Assembly (NCBI RefSeq): GCF_963506605.1
Contig: NC_083285.1
Span: 48,918,001-48,982,000, forward strand
Origin: Zootoca vivipara
Taxonomy: Eukaryota
Reading direction: 5' to 3'
DNA length: 64,000 bases
Every line of letters begins with the position of its first letter. Within the stretch, counting starts at the first letter, position 1. Positions 1 through 12,620 of the stretch are shown one piece after another. Made by a program: the position numbers and the translations under genes. The notes under the pieces are model-generated. The model saw only the letters and a list, made by a program, of their open reading frames with translations. It was not told the DNA's origin and made no database searches.

Positions 1-773
1 CGGTTCGAGGCCTACACATGATAGGATGGGCCTACATTCCTAAGAAGCTATAAAAATGGGACATCCAATATGTGAATATTTGGGGGATGGAGTCACATGG
101 GTACAGTGAAGGAAGGTGGATCAGCTGGCACAACCCCAATCTCCCATGGTACATTGGATCAAATATCTAAATATGGCTGTGGCTGACTGTGTTAAAATTG
201 CATTAATAGCCCCTGAAACAACCAAACATATCAAGTTCTTATCTACAACAGGCCTTAATTTCTACATACCTCAAACTTTTATTTCAGCTAACAAATAGCA
301 ACTTCCAGAAATGTCATTTATTAGCATTGTTTTAAGATTTTTTTTCTAGTGACATTGTGATGCATCATAGAATTATTTTCTAATGCAGTCACTTATACTA
401 TGCTCAATTCAAGGCAACTCTTCTCTGTTAAGCTACAATACTGCAGCTCTCACTATTAATAGAAGGGGTTGCATTTCCCCACCCCACCCCCAAAAAGATG
501 TCACAGGTTCTCTTGTTAACTTCAGATAATTTAATGCAGAGACTTAAATGATCCCAAATAAAACAGTGAAAAGTTTCCAGGCATTCACCAAAATGCAAGC
601 AATATGTTTCAATTTCCATAGTCTTTCAGCCTGTAGCAGAGCTTTTCAAAAGGCTAACACTGTTTGCACTTCACAGAGATGGACACAGGCAGGATCCCTA
701 AATACAAATACTACAGTAACAGTCTCCTACTAAGTGTACCTTTCTATAGGTGAGCTTTTAACAACAGACATAC

Positions 774-3700
774 TTGTTTCCTATTACATTGGCTGTATGG
801 AGACTACGGGGAAGTGGCACTGTCCCTTTAATTTCTGGTTTCGACCAAGTCATTGTTTCTATTAAGAAAAACAGAGGGGTGCAGAGAAAAAGAATTTTTT
901 GTTTATTTATTTCATAAAATGTATACACCTCAAAACACTTTACAAAGAGAATAAGACAATAAAATATGAGGACCACACTTGGGATGATATGTCTGTGCCA
1001 TCCAGATTCTGCCTACAATTCTGGAGTAATGAACCTTGTTCCAAGCACCGTTTTGCAAGGATAGCAATAGTTTTAGGACAAAGATTTACAACCTCCATAA
1101 AAACATCAATTAAAACAATTTTGTTTTTAATTATACAGGCTCGTGAACAAGGATTTTAAAATGCACTGCATGGGCTCTCCATTGCCAGATAAGCACTGAA
1201 TATTTTATCACATTCTTGACAAACAAATGCAGCTTCCGTTGCTGCAGTATGTCAGAACATACTACAAATTGAGCTAAAAAGGGCTTTTTTCACACCTTTT
1301 ATAAGTTCTTGCCTAAAATATTCAGTTTCAATGCAGTCAGTTGCTGTTTTTTTGGGGGGGGGGAATGGTATCACACATATGCACCCGACAAAGGCCCAGG
1401 ACTAGCTGCAACTTCTTGTTCAGAATATACACTATGGCAAACTTGGATTTGTTGCTGTGTACTGTGTGAAACAGCCCTAAGGCAAAGTCAAGGCAGTCAC
1501 AGTTCCACAGCTGCCTCCCAACACTGCAATTAAAGTTGCAAACCCTTAGCAACAAATCAGTTTTCAGCATGTAAAAATACAACAAAACTTCACACTTGTA
1601 ACTTCACTGTACTCACCTATGTCAAGCTCCCAAAGGTCATTAAGTCGACAGCCAGACATCCCTCCAAAAATAAACATCTTTGGGTTTCCAGAGTCTTTTC
1701 TACAGTATATAACAGCTGTGTGTGATTCTCGGGGTGAAGGCAGCACTCCTTTAGTCACTGGAATACTCCAGCCCATGACGCCTGAACCATGCTGTAGCTC
1801 CAGTTCATAGAAATCATTTAAATATCTAGATACATTAAAAAGAAACAAACAAAAGGGTCACTGACCTCTTTATGGAACTACTGCAAGGAAACTGTAGCCT
1901 ATCAATACAGTTTTACAACATTGCCCACTAACAAAACTGCATGTGTTTTTGCAGAGCTGGCTAAAGTTGAGAAAGAACAAAAGAGGTATCACATTACTTT
2001 GGAATTCTCTTTTCCTGTAGACTTGCCAAAGCTAGTCTGTGGGTTGCATCCAACTCTGTATAGATTCATTAAAAGCAATGGCATTGCTAGTCACCACTAA
2101 TGTAAGACCACTGATTTCAGTGGGCCGACACAGAATGTGATACAACGCTATCTACCTTCCTGAAGTATTATTCTTATTTAAGTTGCCTTAAATAAGTCTA
2201 ACCAATCAGGGTGGATTTGATTTAAATCAAATCAATTTAAATCACTAGTAAGGCTTGATTTCAATCACTAGTCAGTAAGACTTGATTTCAATCATTTTTT
2301 TATAGAAAGACTCATTCTTGCTGGTATAATCTTAATATTTACAACCATATGAAGGTTTCATTTTGGAATAATAAAATTTCAGAGTATTTTTTAAAGTTAT
2401 ATCAAAAATTACTGATTTGGTTATACTATTATAAAAACATAGACAGATAATAATCAAATTATGGTGAGGTTTAATAAGTTAACTATTTATATTTGGACAA
2501 CTTTTCTGCTGTACTTTATTGTAAGGAGAAAAATAATCATTTCTGTAATAATCATTTAAACAATTTATTTAACTAAAACAATAACATTATAGCATATGTA
2601 TCCATGTTTGACAACTGACGTGGTTAAACATTTTTTTAAAAAAAACTTAGACTGAGTTTCATCACGCATGAAAAACTAAACAAATCCTTATTTCCTGGTG
2701 AATAGCCTTTGGACTATAATGTAACTTAAATAGAAGACTATATTTAGAAAGATTTTTTCCTCCAAAAGCATTTTATTTAAAAGATCCAATTTAAATAAAA
2801 AAATCTGATTTATATAAAAAAACCCGATTTTATTTTATTTATGTATTTTTTTAAAAAAATCATTGATTTTTATCCACCAACCAACTAACTTCCAAACTGA
2901 AGTACATACAAAGATGCTACAATTTAGAACTACTAAAGAGAAACTAATACTTCTTGAGATTTTACTGATTAGTTTGGAGAGTTTCTGTAGCATCAAAGCT
3001 TTTATTTGATTAATGCAACCTTCCAAAGTCACTATCACACCATTCTTTTTAATAAAACTTTTCAGTAACAAAGTTTCTGAATACTAACTGACAAATTAGC
3101 ATTCTTTGTTTTGTTTTTGAATGGCAAACGTACATTAATAATCCAAAGTCCTAGAAGTTAGGGTGATCAAATTTCCCCTTTTAACATCCTTCAGGTATGC
3201 TATATTCTAATCACTATTGCCACAGAACTGTTTCCCTCCTTTTAAACTGTTCAAATATTAAAAGTCCCAAACAAAGAATTCCAAACATTCTGTTCCAGTT
3301 TCATCAGTGTACCTGGGAATGTTATTGTTCGTGTCTTCACTTTCATTTGCCAACCCACCAAATAAGTAACACTTGTTGCCGTACAGAGAAAAGCTGTGGC
3401 CAAGGCGAGGGCAAGGTGGCAAGCCTGCTGATGGGTGCTGAGGTCTCATTTTTTTCCATAGCCATCGACTTGCCTTGAAAACAGAACAGGAGCATGTTAA
3501 CCTACATCTGTTCACAAGTCACACTTAGTGCCTTAGAGGTCAAAAAAATGCTGGCGGAAAGGGACTGTCTCAATCCCCCTCCACCTGGTGCCTTCTGAAA
3601 AGGCTCTCAAGTGGATCAGGTGTGCAGAATTCTTCAGTTAAAGAGACATGGAGACAAAAATCCTTTCCAACTTAAAACTTTATTACCCAGTTATCTTATC

Positions 3701-6700
3701 TTTAACAGAGGAATCATCATATTTTGATATTCTAGTTCACACAATAACAAAGCAAAATATGTATACAAATTCATGACAGAATAACCTCCAGTTAATGCAT
3801 TTTTTTGATTTCTCCTGATCTATATAAGCAAATGGAGAGGCCTGCTCCCTTTTCCAGTGATCTAAGATTTTGCTTATTTTATCGTCAGTAGAATTGTGAA
3901 TGGGGGCTTTTTCAGTGGTTGTGTCCAGCTTATGGCTCTTCCCTAGAGGTGCTTGCTTAACAGCAACTTTACAATGTCTTCAGGACAAGACAAACCTATT
4001 TTTTGTTTACCAGACATAGGTGATTCAAAATCACTTATTGTTTCATGGTTTTATTTTTGCTATGATTACTTATTGCACACGTTCCTGAAATCCAAAAGAT
4101 AAAGGGTGCTATTAAAAATGTTTTAAATAATTAATAGAGCAAACCTTTACATTTCTACTTAGAGGTAAGTCCCATTGAGTTGAATGAGACCTACTCCAAG
4201 GTAAATGGGTGCAGGATAAACACTTGGCAATGGCTGTTTCACATGAAGTGCCAGATCAAGACTTGCTATTAGGAGCACCATGTAGTGTGCCAGTTGTCAA
4301 CAACATGCTTTTAAGCACTATGTGTCCATTTTTAACATAGGCAAAACAGGTACCTGCTAAAAGCATAATATATGTGCAGTGCAATCCTATACTTCACTGG
4401 AAGTACAGTAAGTCTCATTAAGCTCAATGGAGCTGAGCAAAGATTTATAGGATTACGCTATAAATTACCCTATGATTCTCTTGGGACTCAGCTATACAGC
4501 TGCAAATAAAACGTTTTAAGTGTGTTTTAAGTGCAATATACAAAGTGACTCTAGATGGCGATGGTGAGCCTTACAGAAAATTCAATGAGATTTTCAGAAC
4601 GGTTTTATATGTGTGTAGATTCCACCTTGGTATTAGTTAAATGTAACAGGTTGCATTTGTTTCTTCTCAACTAGGGAAGTGATCTTACACAACACCATAC
4701 CTGCAATTCATATAGGTCATTACTATATCTTCCATATTCAACCATTCCTCCAAATACTAGTATTCTGGTACCATCACAGACAAAACCATGGGCTGCACAG
4801 CCTGGTGGGATATCTCCTCTAACAGCAGGAAGAAACCATTGGTTGGTAGCTAGATCAAAACACACAGAAAATAACATTTTTGTAAACAGAGTAGATAGCT
4901 TGAGGTCTGAAGCTTGGCATTTTTATTCTAAACAAGAAACCAAAAGGTAGATTTAAATATTAAATATCACAATGAAGATACTTCACTGTTTAACAAAGGG
5001 TTACTTAACACTTTTAACTGGGTGTTTTAGATTCTGTATTTTCAAATAAAAGTTTAACTCTTCCTTGCCTAGAAAGTCTAAATGATAGCATAACTGAATA
5101 TTCCTTACTTTCCCCCTAAGAGGAAAAATATAATTCAGAAAGTGAAAGACTTAAAGAATACCAATCAGTAAGGTGTATTTTCTCACCTAAGTCAGCTATC
5201 TTGGGCCAAACACATACAGGCTGATAAACAAATCACAGAAAGATTTGTAGTCAGATAAAGAGGCTTAGAATAAATCTTAACAGCACCTCATTATCCTCAT
5301 GTTATCTCCTCCTTGTAAGGTATTTCTGCTTTGAACACTATTTTGAGTATCAGGAGAAGGGAGAAACAGTCACATTAAATAAATAAACTGAAAAAAACAT
5401 CCTATTCCTGCCTCATCTGATTCCACTTTCCTTTTCCTAAATATTCCTACTTTTCATATACAGGCCAATTATCTTCACCATAAGGGAAAAAAGATGCCAC
5501 TGCTCATTTGCAGATGTTAGCTCAAAGCAGATTTTAAACATCACATTATCTCGTGCCAAATATGGATACAAACAAAACAAACTTAACTCAAGTTCTGTAT
5601 CCTCACTTGTGTCTAAGCACACACTTTTTTCATAGACAGATAACTCCAAACCTTTCACCTTCTAATATACTCAACTCTAGCAAAATTCCCTTTCTGCTCT
5701 CTCAGCACAAGCATCCATTTCATATCCGGCCAATACATACCCCAACCAAACAGCTGGACCATCACAACCCACACTTTGTGTAGCTTTATCCTCCACCTGT
5801 TCACTGGCCTAGACCTAAGGCAGCATTTCTCAACCGGTGTTCCGCGGCACACTACTGTGCCGCGAGACACTGGCTGCTGTGCCGCGACGAGAAGGGCGAT
5901 TTGCATTGTCACGTCGCTGACCCGCCGGAAAGGACAATGCAAATCGCCCTTCTCGTCTGCCCGCCTGGGGTCTGTGCGTGCCGTAATTTAAAAGAAACAA
6001 CAGCAAGAGCTCAAGAATTAGAAAATTCCCACGACGGCTGTAATTTGTTCTCGCGAGAGGTCAGCCTTCCCCCTCCCTCCTCCCACAACCCCCCCCCCGC
6101 TCGCATCCAGCCTGCCGGTGAGTGATTGCAGGTGGGGGGGAGGAAGAGGACGACGACGGAGAGGCTGCTGCTGCTGCGCAGACAGACACCGAGCGAGGTC
6201 GCCGACTGAGCAAGCCCGGCGCAGAGAGCCCGCCCGAGGGGGTGCGCACGTTTGCCGGCCTTCCCCAACCGCTGCGGCGGGTGCGACAGAGGGAGAGAGA
6301 TGTCGCCTTTCTGACGGGAGGCCGAGCGGCATGGCGGCGGAGGCGGCGACACCCGCCTGAGCAGCAGGTACCGCTTGCGAAGAAGGAGGCCGGCGGGTGG
6401 CTAGGCGGGAGTAGCGAGCGAGCGAGGGCGGGTAGGCAGGCGGGCGGCGGACCAGGCTTGTAGGCCTGGTTTTGGGCCGGGCGGCCTGAGGCGAGCCACC
6501 CCCAGGCTGCTTATGACGTGTCCCCACTCGCTCTGCAGGCTCTGCGCCTGGTGGGTTCGCCTGGCTACCGCGCAGCAGTTCTTCAGTGGCATGCTTTACG
6601 CGTCTCCCCTCCAAACTAAACTAAATATAGGGCGGCACAGAGTTGGTGTGCCGCGGGATTTTTTTTTCATAGAACAAGTGTGCCGTGGCCCAAAAAAGGT

Positions 6701-8877
6701 TGAGAAACACTGACCTAAGGAGACATCCAAAAAGCTTGGTACCCCATTCCTCAGTTTGAAAAACACCACCACAGCATAACTTTCCACACACCTCACTATA
6801 TATGCTCACCCTCTCCACAGGGTGCACAAACTTCATCTTCACATCAGACTCCACATAAGTCCCTAACGCAGCCTCAAATACACGCACATACCCCTTTCAG
6901 ATACAGTACATCATTCAACCTTCTACTGTCACACTTTGCCACATCCATATTGTTTTGCTGTACATAACATTGCTGTACATAACATTGCTGTACATAAAAA
7001 AATTCCTTCAGTAGCACCTTAAAGACCAACTAAGTTTTTATTTTGGTATGAGCTTTCGTGTGCATGCACACTTCTTCAGATACACTGAAGAAGTATGTAT
7101 CTGAAGAAGTGTGCATGCACACGAAAGCTCATACCAAAATAAAAACTTAGTTGGTCTTTAAGGTGCTACTGAAGGAATTTTTTTATTTTGCTTCGACTCA
7201 GACCAACACGGCTACCTACCTGTAACTTGCTGTACATAACATTTTTATTTGCCCCCTCCCCCACAAACCTGATCAGTTTTTGCTAAAAAGGCAGCTTGCC
7301 TGCCCTACAGAAATACTACACAGCCCTTTGGCGATGAAAGTGGAGTGTTTTGCAGAACTCCCACACTTTTGAAAGCAAGCTTAGCAATGAATGCTAACTG
7401 ATTAGGAAACATTTGGCAGGGCTCCATCATGCTTTTTTATATTATTCCACTTCTCAACACTGTATTCAGCCATATATTATTCTCTTTGCACCTACCTCAC
7501 ACAATCCTTTCTCATCTGCAGCCATACAAAAACCCTTTCTCTCACACACCTTTGGTAGACCCAAACACAGGTCATTGTTGCTATTTTCAATACAGTACTA
7601 TTATGCATGTAGGTAGGTAAACCTTCAACCACCGTAAACCTTCCCACTATGATGATCCGACATCTGATCAGCACTGCCCCGACAGCACACTAAGCTATAG
7701 GACATAAATAACTCCATCCCTGGTGGTAGTATATTAAAAGGGCAAAGCTGGCACAGAAGGAAAAGTTAAGAAGAACGCCCTTGCTTCCCTTTGTCAGCAA
7801 CTCCCTTATTAACAAATGTCCTTCCACCCAACACAACACAGGTAAAGTCATAGAAACATACACCCAGCCACTCTCTTCATCCATCTTCCTCTCTCTTCAT
7901 CCAGCCCCGGGGACACTTTCCCAAAGCCGAAAAGCTCAGCTCCTGCTGCATCCAAGCGGGCGAACAAAGGATGCCTCACATTTATTTTGATTTCTACCCC
8001 GCCCTCCCAACGGCCGACCAGCGCTCCCCCAAAGGCCTCTCAAAATGAACATGCAAGAGACGAAACAAAACAGGAGAACAGCCAGGGTCGCCCCGGAGCA
8101 AGCTCCTTTTCCTTCTAGAGACTGGTTACAGGTAGCCGTGTTGGTCTGCCGTAGTCGAAACAAAATTAAAAATTAAAAAAAAATCCTTCCAGTGGCACCT
8201 TAGAGACCAACTAAGTTTGTCATTGGTATGAGCTTTCGTGTGCATGCACACTTCTTCAGATGCACACGAAAGCTCATACCAATGACAAACTTAGTTGGTC
8301 TCTAAGGTGCCACTGGAAGGAATTTTTTTTTTGTTTCTTCTAGACACTCTCCACGGGGATGCTCTTGAGCAAATGCAAAACGGGGGGGGGGGCACACGGC
8401 AGGAACCGGCAGCACCTGGGCCAGGAAAATGTCGTCCTTGCCGTCGTCGTCGTGGCGGCTTAAGCTTTAGGGGCGGCAGGAAAGGCTTGTTTGGGCGAGA
8501 GGCTCTCTCTGCCCCGCCGCTAAGATGCGGCCGCGCTCACCTCTGGGGAAAATCCTCTCCTACAAGACACACCCCACACGGCCGCCTTCACGACGCCGAG
8601 GCGAAAGCGGCGCCAGGTGCCTCGCGAGTCCGGATACCTGAAACAACCACTCGCCCGCCTGCCTGCTTTTCCCTCAGTCTCTCTCTATCTCGCTCCCCGC
8701 ACACCCCGTACCGGTGTTGTACACGTGCAGCTCGTCGGCGATGCCTTCGTTGCCTCCGCCGAAGATGATGACTAGCTCTCGGATGGCCACGGCGCGGTGC
8801 CCGTGCCGGGACCGGGGCACCGGCCCCGTGAAGGAAGAAACCCGCCTCCAGTTGAGGGCAGCGGCGCCCGCCGCCAT
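774..8877 (-). CDS. HCFC2: Host cell factor 2, 5' part (Kelch repeats), coding exons 1-5; gene continues beyond the left edge
   Basis: Exons (-): 8877-8712 ([55 protein letters not shown]), 4849-4701 ([50 protein letters not shown]), 3473-3313, 1825-1617, 858-774. All GT-AG and phase-consistent. HCF Kelch domain; position next to GLT8D2/TDG indicates HCFC2 rather than HCFC1. Confidence 0.96.
2207..2880. mobile_element. Non-autonomous DNA transposon (probably hAT), AT-rich
   Basis: Ends CAGGGTGGAT ... ATCCACC with subterminal GATTTAAATC repeats. Confidence 0.55.
5821..6712. mobile_element. Non-autonomous hAT (Charlie-like) element with a CpG-rich interior
   Basis: TIRs CAGCATTTCTCAACC / GGTTGAGAAACACTG; perfect 8-bp TSD ACCTAAGG. 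Confidence 0.88.
7046..7083 (-). ncRNA. Minimal type I hammerhead ribozyme motif, sense to HCFC2
   Basis: Exact reverse complement of 7097-7134. Confidence 0.7.
7097..7134 (+). ncRNA. Minimal type I hammerhead ribozyme motif (PLE-associated)
   Basis: Stem I GUAU/AUAC, core CUGAAGA and GAAA, stem II GUGUGC/GCACAC, palindromic AGCU in place of stem III, UC cleavage site. Confidence 0.7.
8124..8336 (-). mobile_element. Penelope-like element end with an inverted partial copy
   Basis: Same family as 6998-7226 in the opposite orientation. Hammerhead core on - at 8226-8261. TSD-like CTTCTAGAGACT / CTTCTAGACACT. Confidence 0.8.
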
Positions 8878-9000
8878 CTTGTCCCCCCGCTACCCACAAT
8901 GCGCCGCGGCGGGGTCCGAAGCGGCCGCTGGGGACGAGGAGTTAGCGGAGGAAAAAAGGCGGGAGTCGGGGGGGGGTGAGAGGCCCGCTCGAGGAAATAA
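8350..9000 (-). promoter_or_regulatory. HCFC2 CpG island / promoter, with a YY1-type motif overlapping the start codon
   Basis: GC- and CpG-rich stretch around exon 1; AAGATGGCGGC on - at 8870-8880. Confidence 0.75.
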
Positions 9001-9854
9001 ATACCGTACAGAACCCATGATTGAGGATGAGGATTCAGTGTTAATACAGAGAGAGTGATTTTTATGACTGATATAATAGTGCAACAGCAGCAATAGTACT
9101 ATATACAGTACAACATCGGTTTTCTTAACACGGGTGTTTTTTGGTCACTTTTGATTAGAACCGCATTTAATTAATACTAATATATCGCATTAAAGAGTTA
9201 TATCTGCTTTATATCTGCTTTAAATAAAAACTCTTACGGGACTGCAGGTTATTACGATAATCCTGCTAATGTTTTTTTTACCTGTTTGCGATTTATCTGT
9301 AAATATTCAATGAACCATTTCCGTTCTTTTATATAAAAAGTTTGTTATCTTGATTGCTTAATGAAATCAAACGAGCAAATTAATTAAGTTAAACGAGCAA
9401 ATTAAATGATTTTGGATATGCAATCGATATTAAAAAATAAATTTAAGGAAGCGCAGAAAGGGGGAAGGAAGTCAAACTTTGAAATGTTAAATTGATTGTA
9501 AAACTAATGAAATGTATAAGTATAAATAAAAACTTTTTTAAAAGATATGTTAGCATGAAGAAAAACGATTTATAATTATAATGCTTCATTTTCATTTGTG
9601 TTATTATCGCTGTTATGAATTTGTTGTCAATAATAATAATAATAATCACTTATTTGTGCACAGTTTTATCTGATGCAATTCTCACCAAGAGGACTTCTCA
9701 TTTCTCCCTTTAGGGTTATCACCTTTATTTGGGGGGCATGATACCCAAACCTCAAGGCCCTTACTCATTTAATTACCTTTCCCCCTCAAGGGGACCAATG
9801 TGATTTCTAAATCTAAAAGCTCTTAACCCTTGCTTTTGAAATGAGGTAAACACA

Positions 9855-9990
9855 GTTGGACAGTGTTCTCGAAGCTACGAACATGAGTTTGACCAAACTG
9901 CGGGAGGCAGTGCAAGACAGGAGTGCCTGGCGTGCTCTGGTCCATGGGGTCACAAAGAGTTGGACACGACTAAACGACTAAACAACAACA
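9855..9990 (+). mobile_element. BovB/RTE LINE 3' fragment
   Basis: Matches the 3' end of the copy at 36891-37487; CAA tail. Confidence 0.85.
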
Positions 9991-11849
9991 AAACTTATGT
10001 GCTCAGCATCTGCTGCCACTGTCAGCGCCCAACTCTGGAATATTTGTCGCTGGGTGTTTTTTTATAGTTTTACAGCGATCCTATTTTAAACTGCTGCTAT
10101 TTCATCTGTGTTGTAGTAGGCCACCCTGGATGCTTTATGAGCAGAAGAGGGGTCATAACATGGAGAACTGTTGAAAATGCCCCTGAGCAAGTGCAAGTGC
10201 AATTTTCCTTTTCACACGAGGAGCTGTGGGAAATGGTGTTTCTAGATAGAGTATGCCTTTTTCTCCTAGGAATTGAAGATTGAAGAAAATGTGCCCTAGT
10301 TTGTCTGGAGATAAGATGTGCTCTCTAGAATCTGATAACTTGTCCTCAGTGCCTGCTTGCCTAGGGCAACAGCTGTCTCACATGTGCAATCCGTCAGATG
10401 AGCTGGCAGGAAGTAATACAATGGAGAGAGAGATACTTGGGACTTTGCTCTGGATTGCGTGCATTGTCTGCACAATAACAGCTGGATTCAGATGTGTGCA
10501 CTCTTGCCCAATGCATCATATAAAATTATGCCAATCCCTTCCGTATGCCTTTTTATGAAGGGGGCAGATATCAACACACATTCACAGCACACTCTGCTCA
10601 CAGCCTGTGTATACACACACTGCTATAATGCAGCCACTGCTGAATATTTAGGGGACATGCATGTGCTATGACGTTTCAGACAGCACCTTCATTTAACACA
10701 GTCTTGCATTCAGTTTTTCCGTTGCTGTGGGGACCAAAGTGACTATAGGAAACCGCATGGGAGGGTTAACCACCGTTTACTGATTTTGATTCAAAAAAAA
10801 AATTTTAATCCTGCCTTCAGCATAAAATGCTGCAACAAGTGCATCTCAGTTTTAAGCTTTGAAAATGACAGGGGTGGGGGGGACAGGATAGGAGAGATTC
10901 TAAACTTAAGGCAGTGTGTTCCAAAGTCTGGGTGTTATCACTGAAAAGGCCTTCCCTTGTGCTCCCATCACTGCACCTCTGACAGGTAACAAAGACCCCG
11001 ACCTTCTGCAAGGATCTCAGTGTGCTGTTGTTGTTTTTTACATTGGGAAGGTCCTTTGGTATCCCGAATCCAAGCCATCTGGGGCTTTAAAGGTATAGTA
11101 AAGTACCTTGAATTGATCTTGGAAACAAGCAGGAAGTCACTGTAAACCCTAGCTAATGCACTCTGAACACTTTTAAGGGCAGGCCTGTATAGAGAAAATT
11201 GTAATTAATCTAGATGTGAACAAGGCACATAAATTTATTCCTGGAATTCAGAGCAATATTATGAGTTAGAATCACAAGTGGAAAACCTACACCCATCATG
11301 GAAGCTAGGAAGCCATTTGAGTGGTTTATCAAGGAGAGTATCACAATTCCTTCCCTTTCTGACTTCGATGGCAGCCAGCCTTGACTTATTTTTGGTCTTT
11401 GACCACAGTCCTCTTTCAGTCAATGCATCCTTTGGGCTGATCCTTTTTCCCACCAGAAGCATCTGTCAGGTCTTATCTGTTCACTTTCAGAAGGGTGGAC
11501 ATAAACAGCTGCTGGTTAGGGCATACATTGTTATGTTTAAAGCTACTGTAACTGATCCTGCACTGGCACTGGCAAGCAGCAAGGAGAGCTTTGTGTGGCC
11601 TGGTAACAGATCATGTTGGTTCAGTGAAGATGTGGAAAACATGCCTATGCCCATTTCCTTTCAGCTGAGCTCTTTCTGCCAGGAGAATAATAACCCAAAG
11701 TGAGCAAGAGAGACTTCCACCCAGCTCCCTACCATTAACCAGAGTCTGGTTGCAAGGAGACAGTGCCAACATCTTCCTGGCTTTCCCCCTCTGTGTTCCC
11801 ACTATCTGTGTTAACCATGGCCTGGCCTGTATACCAGCAGTTGGAATGG

Positions 11850-12620
11850 AGGGGGGATTTATTCAATTCACATTTAAAGCCACATTTATCAAATTTGCAC
11901 TTTCCGAACCAGTATGAGAAACAAACCATCACTATCCTTCAAAATTTGCACTTACCCAATTTTATGTTGCATGTTCGCCAACCAACCAATGTTTTTTAAA
12001 ATGCATATACAGTCATACCTCACTTTAAGTATGCCTCGGTTTGAGTACTTTCAGTTTAAGTACTCCACGGACCAGTCTGGAACAGTTTAATCCACTTTCC
12101 ATTACTTTCAATGGGAAAGTTCGCTTCAGGTTAAGCACGTTTCAGGTTAAGTACGGACTTCCAGAACGAATTACACTCATACTTCGGGTTAAGTACGCTT
12201 CAGGTTGAGTTCTCTGCGGACCGTCTGGAACGGAATAATCCACTTTCCATTACTTTCAATGGGAAAGTTCACTTCAGGTTAAGTACCCTTCAGGTTAAGT
12301 ACAGACTTCCGAACCAATTGTGTACTTAAACCGAGGTACCACTGTACAGTATTATGTGAAAGTGTGTAAAAATGAAATTACTGGTAATACACAAAATGCA
12401 TTATATTGGGGAAACTAGCTTGTAAAAATGTGTACATTAGTCAAACCTGCATACAAAAATGTGTTTATTAGGAGAAATCCACACTGAAATGCTGAAGATT
12501 TTTCATGAGGTTTTTTAAAAAAGGAAATCCGCAACTCACTGTAAAAATGTAGAGAACAGAGTTTAAGACTGGAAAAATTAGAAGCTGTGAGAATTGAAAT
12601 AGACAGATATTTCCATCCCT
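11850..12620. mobile_element. Old AT-rich MITE-like element hosting a nested Tc1/mariner MITE
   Basis: Degenerate AGGG...CCATCCCT ends around the 12010-12344 insertion. Confidence 0.4.
12010..12344. mobile_element. Tc1/mariner (Tigger-like) MITE
   Basis: TA|CAGTCATACCTC ... GAGGTACCACTG|TA, with an internal tandem duplication. Confidence 0.8.

Larger units (their letters stand above)
6998..7226. mobile_element. Penelope-like element end, inverted-repeat form, with two minimal hammerhead motifs
   Basis: Inverted arms of about 90 bp (6994-7084 / 7096-7186). Motif GTAT-CTGAAGA-A-GTGTGCATGCACAC-GAAA-GC-TC-ATAC on + (7097-7134) and on - (7046-7083). Flanked by TTGCTGTACATAA. Confidence 0.8.

Noticed and set aside
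1-773. HCFC2 exon 6
   Set aside because: No MYxFGGW-type Kelch exon found; it must lie left of the window.
5901-6713. Many overlapping GC-rich ORFs up to 198 aa
   Set aside because: They lie inside a TIR/TSD-bounded hAT element, are low-complexity and stop-poor, and show no recognisable domain.
8295-9093. Long ORFs antisense to or overlapping HCFC2 exon 1
   Set aside because: CpG-island composition artefacts.
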